The notes: generated by a model from the letters alone, not told the origin. Positions 53,650 to 61,599 are shown, counted from the first letter of the stretch. The stretch is DNA of 64,000 nt from Alphaproteobacteria bacterium (GCA_964291675.2 OZ219866.1:2688001-2752000), one strand, 5' to 3'. Translations and numbers: made by a program.

Positions 53650-54372
53650 ATGTCCTATCTGATCCTCGTCATCGCGGTCGCCGTCGGCCTCTACCTCCTG
53701 GCCCGCGGGATCCAGGGCATCGACCCGAAGGTGCTGCTGCGCATCCTGAAATGGACTTTTGGGATCGTCGGGATCGCGCTGGCGACCTACCTGACGGTGA
53801 CGGGGCGCATCGCCTATGCGGCGATGATCGCCGCCGGCCTGCTGCCCATGCTGTTCCGCGCGCGGCGCATCGCCCAGACGGTGCGGAGCTTCGGCGGGCC
53901 GTCCCCCGGGCAGTCCTCCGATGTCGAGACCGCCTATCTGCGCATGACGCTCGACCACGATACCGGGGAGCTCCAGGGCACGGTGCTGGAGGGTCCGTTC
54001 CGCGGGCGGCTGGTCGAGGAGCTCAGCCTCGAGGAGCTGCTTGCGCTGCTGCGCGACTGCCGGGTCAACGATGCGCAGTCCGCCGAGCTGCTCGAATCCT
54101 ATCTCGACCGCATGCACGGCGCCGAGTGGCGCGGCGGCGACGGCGGCGCGCAAGGCGGCGGCGCGCAAGGCGGCGGCGCGGGACAGCCCGACGGGCGGCC
54201 GATGACGGTCGACGAAGCGTATGAGATCCTCGGCGTGCGCCGCGGTGCCGATGCGGACGAGATCCGCGACGCCCACCGCCGGCTCATGCTCAAGATCCAT
54301 CCCGACCAGGGCGGATCGACCTATCTCGCCGCCAAGATCAACCAGGCCAAGGAGGTGCTGCTCGGAAGCTGA
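53650..54372 (+). CDS. membrane-anchored protein with C-terminal J-domain (TimB / Pam18-like)
   Basis: N-terminal TM helices; MTVDEAYEILG...AHRRLMLKIHPDQGGSTYLAAKINQAKEVL with HPD motif. Confidence 0.85.
   Translation: MSYLILVIAVAVGLYLLARGIQGIDPKVLLRILKWTFGIVGIALATYLTVTGRIAYAAMIAAGLLPMLFRARRIAQTVRSFGGPSPGQSSDVETAYLRMTLDHDTGELQGTVLEGPFRGRLVEELSLEELLALLRDCRVNDAQSAELLESYLDRMHGAEWRGGDGGAQGGGAQGGGAGQPDGRPMTVDEAYEILGVRRGADADEIRDAHRRLMLKIHPDQGGSTYLAAKINQAKEVLLGS
54142..54180 (+). repeat. 15-bp in-frame tandem repeat (about 2.6 copies) encoding a GGAQG linker
   Basis: GGCGGCGCGCAAGGC x2 plus GGCGGCGCG, inside the J-domain gene linker. Confidence 0.7.
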
Positions 54373-54438
54373 CCGCGCGCCGTACATGCGCGCGGCCGGG
54401 GACGGGGCGGCAAGCGGTTCAGCAGTAGAGGTGACGCC

Positions 54439-55764
54439 GTGCGCATCGGAATGGTCGGCGCGGGCTATGTCGGGCTCGTATCCGGCGCCTGCTTCTCGGA
54501 ATTCGGAATCGAAGTCGTCGTCGTCGACCGGGACGAGTCGAAGATCGCGAAGCTGCGCGCCGGCGAGTTGCCGATCTACGAGCCGGGCCTGGCGGCTCTG
54601 GCCGAGTCGAACGTGAAGGCGGGCCGGCTTTGCTTCACCACCGATACCGCGCTCGCCGTCGCCGGTTCGGATGCGGTGTTCATCGCCGTCGGAACCCCCG
54701 GCCGCCACGGCGACGGCGCGGCCGATCTCGACAATGTCCGCGACGCCGTCACCGGTGTCGCCCGCTGTCTCGACGGCGGCTACACCGTCGTGGTGATGAA
54801 ATCGACGGTCCCCGTCGGCACCGGGCGCGAGATGGCACGCCTGATGGCGCGGCATTGCGCGCCCGCCAGCTTCGACATCGCCTCCAACCCCGAGTTCCTG
54901 CGCGAGGGCTCGGCGATCGGCGATTTCATGCGCCCCGACCGGGTGGTGATCGGGGTCGAGAGCGAGCGGGCCGCCCGGGTGCTGCAGGCGGTCTATCGCC
55001 CGCTCTATCTGCTCGAGACGCCGGTGGTGCTCACCGCGCTGGAGACGGCGGAGATGATCAAATACGCCGCCAACGCGTTTCTCGCGACCAAGGTCACCTT
55101 CATCAACGAGATCGCCGATCTGTGCGAGAGGGTGGGCGCGGACGTGCAGGACGTGGCCCGCGGGATCGGGCTCGACGGACGAATCGGTGCCAAGTTTCTG
55201 CATGCCGGGCCGGGTTACGGCGGGTCCTGTCTGCCGAAGGACACGCGCGCGCTGGTGTCCCTCGCGCGGCGGGCCGGCGCGCCGGTGCGGATCGTCGAGG
55301 CGGTCATCGCCGCCAACGAGAGCCGCGCGGGGCGCATGATCGGCAAGATCGAGGCCGCCTGCGGCGGGTCGGTCGCGGGCAAGCGCGTGGCGGTGCTCGG
55401 GGTCACCTTCAAGCCCAATACCGACGATATCCGCGAGAGCCCGGGCCTCGGCATCCTGTCCGGGCTGCTCGACCGCGGGGCGGAAATCCGCGCCTTCGAT
55501 CCGCAGGGGATGGGCGCGGCCAAAAGCCTGTTCGAGGGCATCGCATGGTGCGACGACGCCTATGCCGCGATGGAGGACGCGGATTGTCTTGCCATCGTCA
55601 CCGAATGGAACGAGTTCCGCGCCCTCGACTTCGGACGGATCGGGCGCCTGATGAAGACGCCGGCGTTGGTCGACATGCGCAACATCTACGAGCTCGACGA
55701 CATGGAGGATGCCGCGTTCGACTATCTGAGCGTCGGGCGCAGGCGGATCGAAGGCGCCGCATGA
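54439..55764 (+). CDS. ugd: UDP-glucose 6-dehydrogenase
   Basis: GAGYVG, FIAVGTP, KSTVP, SNPEFLREG, GYGGSCLPKD, FKPNTDDIRES. Confidence 0.95.
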   Translation: MRIGMVGAGYVGLVSGACFSEFGIEVVVVDRDESKIAKLRAGELPIYEPGLAALAESNVKAGRLCFTTDTALAVAGSDAVFIAVGTPGRHGDGAADLDNVRDAVTGVARCLDGGYTVVVMKSTVPVGTGREMARLMARHCAPASFDIASNPEFLREGSAIGDFMRPDRVVIGVESERAARVLQAVYRPLYLLETPVVLTALETAEMIKYAANAFLATKVTFINEIADLCERVGADVQDVARGIGLDGRIGAKFLHAGPGYGGSCLPKDTRALVSLARRAGAPVRIVEAVIAANESRAGRMIGKIEAACGGSVAGKRVAVLGVTFKPNTDDIRESPGLGILSGLLDRGAEIRAFDPQGMGAAKSLFEGIAWCDDAYAAMEDADCLAIVTEWNEFRALDFGRIGRLMKTPALVDMRNIYELDDMEDAAFDYLSVGRRRIEGAA

Positions 55765-57158
55765 GCGCGCGGCGGAGCGGCGCGGCGCGGGCGCTCGACC
55801 CGACGATCCTGCGCGCCTACGACATAAGGGGCATCGTCGGGAAGACGCTGTCGGAGGAAGATGCGACGGTGATCGGCCGCGCCTTCGGTACCGCAATCCG
55901 CGAGGACGGCGGCCGGAATGTCTGTGTCGGCTATGACGGACGGCTGCATTCCCCGGCGCTCGAAGCCGCCCTGGTCGACGGGCTGGAACGCACCGGGGCG
56001 TCCGTCATCCGCGTCGGGCTCGGCCCGACGCCGATGCTCTACTTCGCGGTGCGGTCGTTCGGGGCGGACGCCGGCGTCATGGTGTCGGGCTCGCACAACC
56101 CGCCCGACTACAACGGCTTCAAGCTGCTGACCGCCGCCGGGGCGTTCCACGGCGAGGACATCCAGCGCCTCGGCCGCATCGCCGCCGAGGGCGCGTTCGC
56201 CTCGGGCGCCGGGACCAGCGAGGACCGGCCGGCGCTGGAACCCTATGTCGAGCGGATCGCCGCGGATTTCGACGGCGCACGGCCGCTCAGGGTCGCCTGG
56301 GATGCGGGCAACGGCGCGGCCGGCGAAGCGATGCGGATGCTGTGCGACCGGCTGCCGGGCGCCCATGTGCTGCTGAACGAGGAGATCGACGGCCGGTTCC
56401 CCGCGCATCACCCCGACCCCGCGGTCGAGGACAATCTGCGCCAGCTCGTCCGCTGCGTCGCCGAGCAGGGCTGCGAGCTCGGCATCGCCTTCGACGGCGA
56501 CGGCGACCGGCTCGGCGTGGTCGACGGGGAGGGCCGCATCCTGTGGGGCGACCAGATCCTGATGCTGCTGGCGCGCGACATCCTCGGCCGGCTTCCCGGC
56601 GCGACCGTGATCGCCGACGTGAAGGCGAGCCAGACCCTGTTCGACGAAATCGCCCGGCTCGGCGGGGTGCCGCTGATGTGGCGCACCGGGCATTCGCTGA
56701 TCAAGGACAAGATGGCCGAGACCGGCGCGGCGCTGGCGGGCGAGATGAGCGGCCACATCTTCATCGCCGACGGCTATTACGGCTACGACGACGCGCTCTA
56801 TGCCGCGGTCAGGCTGCTCGGAGTCCTGTCGCGGTCGAAGGAGACGCTGGCCGGGATCCGCGACCGCCTGCCGGCGACGGTCGCCACGCCCGAGCTTCGC
56901 TTCGGCTGTCCGGACGCGCGCAAGTTCGCCGTCGTCGAGGAGATTCGCCGCCGGCTCCGCCGCGAGGGGGCCGAGATGAGCGAGGTCGACGGCGTCCGGG
57001 TGCGCACCGAGGACGGGTGGTGGCTGCTGCGGGCGTCGAACACCGAGGACGCGCTGGTCGCGCGCTGCGAGGCGGCGGACGGGGACGGGCTCGCCCGGCT
57101 CAGGGCGTCGCTGACGCGGCTGCTCGACGGATCTGGCATCGATGCCGGGGAGGTGTAG
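55761..57158 (+). CDS. pgmG: phosphomannomutase/phosphoglucomutase
   Basis: RAYDIRG, SGSHNP phosphoserine loop, FDGDGDR, GEMSGH, RASNTE. Confidence 0.92.
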   Translation: MSARRSGAARALDPTILRAYDIRGIVGKTLSEEDATVIGRAFGTAIREDGGRNVCVGYDGRLHSPALEAALVDGLERTGASVIRVGLGPTPMLYFAVRSFGADAGVMVSGSHNPPDYNGFKLLTAAGAFHGEDIQRLGRIAAEGAFASGAGTSEDRPALEPYVERIAADFDGARPLRVAWDAGNGAAGEAMRMLCDRLPGAHVLLNEEIDGRFPAHHPDPAVEDNLRQLVRCVAEQGCELGIAFDGDGDRLGVVDGEGRILWGDQILMLLARDILGRLPGATVIADVKASQTLFDEIARLGGVPLMWRTGHSLIKDKMAETGAALAGEMSGHIFIADGYYGYDDALYAAVRLLGVLSRSKETLAGIRDRLPATVATPELRFGCPDARKFAVVEEIRRRLRREGAEMSEVDGVRVRTEDGWWLLRASNTEDALVARCEAADGDGLARLRASLTRLLDGSGIDAGEV

Positions 57159-57194
57159 ACTCCGCCCCTCGCTAGCGGATCGCGGAGGCCGGGG

Positions 57195-57926
57195 ATGAGC
57201 GCCGAAGTCGAAGCCCTGCTGCACGGGCTCAGGACGCACATGCCGGTGGCGCTCGCGCCCTTCGATGCGGCGGCGCAGCGCACCGGGCTGGTGATCGTCG
57301 ACGAGGTGAACGGCTTCGCCACCGTCGGCGCGGGGCCGCTCGCCCCGCCCGAGCCCAACCCGCAGGTCAGCCGCATGGTGGCCGAGACCGACCGGCTCGC
57401 GCGCCGCTTCGCCGCCGAAGGCTGGCCGATCGCCGCCTTCCTCGACACCCACATCCCGGGCAAGCCCGAGCCGCCCTATCCGCCCCACTGCGAGCGCGGC
57501 ACCGGGCAGGAGGAGCTGGTGCCGGAGCTCGCCTGGCTGCATGGCTGCGCGCAGGCGACGCTGATCGAGAAGGACTGCATCAACGGTTTCGTCGGCGCCA
57601 TCGACACAAGGGGCGGCGGCAACCGGATCGTCGACTGGGCGCGCGCCGGGCGCATCGAGTGCGCGCTGGTGGTCGGCATCTGCACCGATATCTGCGTGAT
57701 GGACTTCGTGCTGACCATGCTGTCGGCGCGCAATCACGGGCTGATGCCGGACCTCGTCGAGCTGGTGGTCTACGAGCCCGGCTGCGCCACCTACGGGCTC
57801 GACCGCGACGCCGCCGAAGCGCTGGGCCTGCCCGAGACGGCGTCGCACCCGCAGCCGCTCGCCCACCATCTCGGCCTCTACTTCATGGCCTCGCGCGGAG
57901 CCCGGCTGGCGTCGGAGGTCCGCTGA
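57195..57926 (+). CDS. isochorismatase/cysteine hydrolase family; plant NIC1-like nicotinamidase
   Basis: VIVDEVNGF, FLDTH, PPHC, EKDC, VGICTDICV (D-K-C triad plus metal ligands); HPQ..HH.GLY. Confidence 0.8.
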   Translation: MSAEVEALLHGLRTHMPVALAPFDAAAQRTGLVIVDEVNGFATVGAGPLAPPEPNPQVSRMVAETDRLARRFAAEGWPIAAFLDTHIPGKPEPPYPPHCERGTGQEELVPELAWLHGCAQATLIEKDCINGFVGAIDTRGGGNRIVDWARAGRIECALVVGICTDICVMDFVLTMLSARNHGLMPDLVELVVYEPGCATYGLDRDAAEALGLPETASHPQPLAHHLGLYFMASRGARLASEVR

Positions 57927-57939
57927 GGCCGCTCCCGCC

Positions 57940-58350
57940 TTGCGGTACTTCTTCTACGGCACGCTGCTCGACCCGGATGTGCGGGCGCGCATCCTGGGAG
58001 CGTGGATAGGTCGGCGGGACCTGCCCGCGGCGCGGCTTCCGGGTTACCGGCGGGTCTATATCCGCGGCCGGCACTACCCGGTCGTGGTCCCGGCCGCCGG
58101 GGAGGCGGTGGAGGGCGTGCTGGCCGCCGGGCTCGACCGCGGTGCCGTGCTCCGCCTTGCGCGCTTCGAGAGCGACGAATATGTAGACGCCGAGCGCACC
58201 GTCCTGGTCGAAGGCGGACGGGCGCTCAGGGCGCGTGTATTCGTCGCCGGCCCGCTCGCCCACCCGAGCGATACGCCGTGGACCGTCGAGGCCTGGCGGC
58301 GTCGCCACAAGGGCGCGTTCATGCGCCGTCACTGCGTTCCGTTCCGCTGA
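57940..58350 (+). CDS. gamma-glutamylcyclotransferase (AIG2-like) family protein
   Basis: YFFYGTL, ARLPGYRR, YPVVVP, VEGVL, LARFE..EY; TTG start. Confidence 0.8.
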   Translation: MRYFFYGTLLDPDVRARILGAWIGRRDLPAARLPGYRRVYIRGRHYPVVVPAAGEAVEGVLAAGLDRGAVLRLARFESDEYVDAERTVLVEGGRALRARVFVAGPLAHPSDTPWTVEAWRRRHKGAFMRRHCVPFR

Positions 58351-58373
58351 ACGCCGGGCCGAGGGAGGAGCTG

Positions 58374-58766
58374 ATGGCTGGACCGAAAGTGATGAAGCAA
58401 GACGTGATGAAGGCCTGCGAGGGCATGCTGCAGAAGCAGCTCTACGTCGTCTTCACCACGCCGACGAACGGGCTCGGCCCGGTGATGGAGAATATCGGGC
58501 CGCATCTCGAATACCAGGTCTCGCTGGAGGCGCGCGGCATCATGTTCGGCGCCGGCCCGTTCTGGAACGACGACGAGACCGAGTGGCTGGGCGAGGGGAT
58601 GGTGATCGTCCGCGCCGCCAGCCTCGACGAGGCGAGGGAGATCGCCGCCGCCGACCCGATGCACTCCTCCGGCGCAAGGTCGTTCACGATCCGCCCGTGG
58701 CTGATGAACGAGGGCACGGTAACGGTGAAGATCCGCTACTCCGACGGCTCGCGCGAGGTGATCTGA
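58374..58766 (+). CDS. YciI family protein
   Basis: HLEYQ..LE..G....AGP, GMVIVRA.SLDEA..IAAADP....G.R.F.IRPW; RBS GGAGGAG. Confidence 0.82.
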   Translation: MAGPKVMKQDVMKACEGMLQKQLYVVFTTPTNGLGPVMENIGPHLEYQVSLEARGIMFGAGPFWNDDETEWLGEGMVIVRAASLDEAREIAAADPMHSSGARSFTIRPWLMNEGTVTVKIRYSDGSREVI

Positions 58767-58843
58767 GGGTGGCGCCGGGCGTTGAAGACCCCGCCCGCCT
58801 CGCCTAAGTTGGGGCGGTGGGCAGCGCAGGGAGAGGTGCGCCG

Positions 58844-59521
58844 ATGGCGGACGCAGCGATGGAAAGCCCGGTTACCCTCGACGAGTACCGCGCCATGGAC
58901 ATGGCGCAGCGCCGCGAGGTCTGGCTCGAGATCTCCGACATCACCGAGGCCCAGTTCGACGCCCACATGGCGGAGCAGAAGGCGCGCGAGGCGGCGGTGC
59001 CGCGGGTCGGCTCGATGGCGCCCGATTTCGTCGCCGACCGGCTCGACCGCAACCGCAGGCGGACCGGCCGGCAAATGCGGCTTTCCGACTACCGGGGGAA
59101 GCCGGTGGCGATCGCCTTCGGCTCGTTCACCTGACCTCCGTTCCGCGGCAAGGCCGTGCGCCTTAACGAGCTCTACGCCAGCTACGGGGACCGGGTGGAG
59201 TTCTTCCTGATCTACATCCGCGAGGCCCACCCCGCCAATGGCTGGCAGGTGCCCAACAACCTGATCGAGGACGTGATCTACGACGAGCCGGTCACCGACG
59301 AGGAGCGCAGCGAAATCGCCTCGGCCTGCCAGCTCGCCCTCGATATCGGGATGCCGATGCTGGTCGACCGCATCGACAACCACGTCGAGGAGAAATATGT
59401 CGGCCTGCCGATGCGCCAGTTCCTGATCGACGCCGAGGGCAGGATCGCCTATGCCGGCGCCAAGGGGCCGTTCGGCTGGGACGACGAGGCGTTTGAGGAA
59501 GCGCTGAAGGCGCTCTTGTAG
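58844..59521 (+). CDS. iodothyronine deiodinase-like selenoprotein (thioredoxin/peroxiredoxin-like fold; Sec at codon 97, TGA 59132-59134)
   Basis: Track ORFs 58817..59134 and 59156..59521 are in the same frame. Read-through gives VG..APDF...PVAIAFGSFT-U-PPF...FFLIYIREAHPANGW...VDRIDN...GPFG. RBS GGAGAGG precedes the ATG at 58844. Confidence 0.88.
59135..59170 (+). promoter_or_regulatory. candidate bacterial SECIS hairpin
   Basis: Directly 3' of the TGA: stem CGCGGC/GCCGTG (59144-59158) around AAG, with a possible lower stem CGTT/AACG (59139-59142 with 59165-59168). Confidence 0.55.
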
Positions 59522-59543
59522 CGCCGCCGCCGGGGAGGGCGGA

Positions 59544-59720
59544 GTGCCGAATATCACGGTCTCGGAAGAGGTGCTGAAGAAGCTCCGCGCGCTCAGGCGA
59601 CCGGGCGAGATCACCGACGACCAGGTGCTGGAGCGCATCGTCGGCGAGGCGTCGGGCGAGCAGGAGAAGCGGCTCAGGGCCTACGAGGCGCAGGAGCAGG
59701 ACATCCAGTCGACCAACTGA
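59544..59720 (+). CDS. small 58-aa protein, ribbon-helix-helix / antitoxin-like (not in ORF track)
   Basis: GTG start after GGGAGG; MPNITVSEEVLKKLRALRRPGEITDDQVLERIVGEASGEQEKRLRAYEAQEQDIQSTN; mostly G/C-ending codons; fills the gap between convergent genes. Confidence 0.7.
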   Translation: MPNITVSEEVLKKLRALRRPGEITDDQVLERIVGEASGEQEKRLRAYEAQEQDIQSTN

Positions 59721-59726
59721 GCCCGC

Positions 59727-60674
59727 TCAGATCCCCGCCGAGGCGGCGACCAGGGTGTCGGTCTCCATGTCGTCGTCGCGCACCGCGCCGATCAGGTCGG
59801 TGACGCGGGCGATGCCGCGCGCCGCGCACCACGCCTCCAGGTCGTCGATGATCGCGGTCAGCGCGGTCGGGTTGCGGAACCCGGCATAGCCGATGCCGAC
59901 GCCGTGCGCGCCGGCCAGCATGTACTCGACCACGTCCTCCGCCTTGGTGACGCCGCCGATGCCGATCACCGGCACGGTGACCTCCTTGGCCACCTGGTAG
60001 ACCATCCTGAGCACGATCGGCTTGAGCGCCGGCGAGACCAGCCCGCCGAACTTGTTGCCGAGCGCCGGGCGGAAATTGTCGGTGCGGATCTTGAGCGACA
60101 GGAAGGTGTTGGCGATCACCAGCGCATCGGCGCCCGCCTCCTCGGCGGCGACGGCGATGGAGACGATGTCGCCGGCATTGGGCGACAGCTTGGCCCACAC
60201 CGGGTGGTCGGTGGCGGCGCGGATGTCGCGCATGACCTTCGCCGTGTGCTCCTCGTGCAGCGAGAAATTGCCGCCCGTCGCGTTGCGCGTCGGGCACGAG
60301 ATGTTGACCTCCAGCACGTCGATCTCGGGGACGCTCAGGATCGAGCACATCTCGGCGAACTCGTCCGCGGTCTCCGCCGAGATGCTGGCGATAAACGGCG
60401 GCGTGAACTTCTTGTATTCGGGGACGATGTGGTCGAGAAAGTAGTAGACGCCCTTGCCCGGCAGGCCGATCGACTGGATGATCCCGGCCTCGGTCTCGGC
60501 CATGCGCGGCGTCGGGTTGCCGTTGCGCGGCTCCTTGCAGATCGTCTTGGCGACCAGCCCGCCCAGCCGGTTGAGATCGATCACGTCGGCATATTCCCAG
60601 GAGAACGCGCCCGAGGCGGGCATCACCGGGTTGGCGAGGTCGACGTCGCCGATGCGGATCGAGAGGTCTACCAT
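59727..60674 (-). CDS. pyrD: dihydroorotate dehydrogenase family 1B catalytic subunit-like (divergent active site)
   Basis: NPVMPASG, GNPTPR.AET, EVNISCP, KLSPN, ANT, IGIGGV; several substrate/FMN-binding residues differ from canonical. Confidence 0.75.
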   Translation of the reverse strand: MVDLSIRIGDVDLANPVMPASGAFSWEYADVIDLNRLGGLVAKTICKEPRNGNPTPRMAETEAGIIQSIGLPGKGVYYFLDHIVPEYKKFTPPFIASISAETADEFAEMCSILSVPEIDVLEVNISCPTRNATGGNFSLHEEHTAKVMRDIRAATDHPVWAKLSPNAGDIVSIAVAAEEAGADALVIANTFLSLKIRTDNFRPALGNKFGGLVSPALKPIVLRMVYQVAKEVTVPVIGIGGVTKAEDVVEYMLAGAHGVGIGYAGFRNPTALTAIIDDLEAWCAARGIARVTDLIGAVRDDDMETDTLVAASAGI

Positions 60675-61540
60675 CCGACTGCCTCCTGGATGTCGAATAC
60701 CGGCCCTTCGCGGCACACCCGCTTGAGGACGCGCTTGCCGTCGACCTCGAAGGTGCGCACGCAGATGTAGCAGGCGCCGAGCGCGCAGCACATGAGCTGC
60801 TCCATCGCCACCTGGCCCGGAATGCCGTGCGCCGCGCCGAGCCGCTTCATCAGCATCAGCAGGCGGTTGGAGCCGCAGGTGAAGAAGGCGTCCGCCCTGC
60901 CGCCGGCGATCAGCCTTTCGATGACGGCCTCGACATTCTCCACCGCGCTGGAGCCGTCGCTGTCGACGACCTCGATCACCTCGGCGCCGAGATCGGCGAA
61001 GAAATCGCGCGACATCAGGAGCGCCGGCGTGCGCGCGCTCAGGATGGCGGTGATCCTGACATCGTGCTCGGCGGCGAGCTGGGAGAGCGGCGCCAGCGTC
61101 GCCAGGCCGACGCCGCGGCCGAGCACCACGATATGCTTCCAGCCGGGCTCCAGGCTGAAGCCGATGCCGAGCGGGCCGGCGATGTTGAACGCGCCGCCCG
61201 GTTGCAGCATCGACATGCCGAGCGTGCCGCGGCCCTCGCATTTGTACAAGAATTCGAGCCGTCCGCCGGGCCGGTCGATGCGGTAGATGCTCATCGGCCG
61301 GCGCATCCACACCTCGGCGCCGTCGGGCGTCGGGCAGAGCAAGTGGAAGAACTGCCCCGCCCGGGCGCCGAGCGCGCGTTCCGGCGCATCGAGCACCAGC
61401 AGCCGGTTGGACTCGTTCACCATGTCGTTGGAGACCACCCGGCACACGAACTCGCCCGCAACCCGGTCGGGATAGGGGTCGGGCTCGCCGAGGCGCACCG
61501 GCCTCGCGGTGTACTTGTCCGATGCGGTGAGGTCCTGCAT
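60668..61540 (-). CDS. pyrK: dihydroorotate dehydrogenase electron-transfer subunit-like (FAD, [2Fe-2S])
   Basis: AGQF, RRPMSI, GPLG.GF, GRGVG, TCG, EQLMCCALGACYICV...RVCREGPVF. Confidence 0.8.
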   Translation of the reverse strand: MQDLTASDKYTARPVRLGEPDPYPDRVAGEFVCRVVSNDMVNESNRLLVLDAPERALGARAGQFFHLLCPTPDGAEVWMRRPMSIYRIDRPGGRLEFLYKCEGRGTLGMSMLQPGGAFNIAGPLGIGFSLEPGWKHIVVLGRGVGLATLAPLSQLAAEHDVRITAILSARTPALLMSRDFFADLGAEVIEVVDSDGSSAVENVEAVIERLIAGGRADAFFTCGSNRLLMLMKRLGAAHGIPGQVAMEQLMCCALGACYICVRTFEVDGKRVLKRVCREGPVFDIQEAVGW

Positions 61541-61562
61541 TGGCCGCAGCTTACCTCGCGGT

Positions 61563-61598
61563 CGTACAAAAATAAAGAAGAATCCCAAATTTGGTACG
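61563..61598. promoter_or_regulatory. AT-rich imperfect inverted repeat upstream of the pyrK-like gene
   Basis: CGTACAAAAAT-N14-AATTTGGTACG (9 of 11 positions complementary) in a strongly AT-rich intergenic patch. Confidence 0.35.
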
Positions 61599-61599
61599 C

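Noticed and set aside
54142-54180. Tandem repeat as a CRISPR array or phase-variation locus
   Set aside because: Only about 2.6 copies of an in-frame 15-mer with no spacers; copy-number change would only alter a Gly-rich linker.
58817-59521. Interpretation as two separate small genes or a nonsense pseudogene
   Set aside because: The stop is TGA at the catalytic Sec position of a known selenoprotein motif, both halves are intact and in frame, and the second ORF has no clear RBS.
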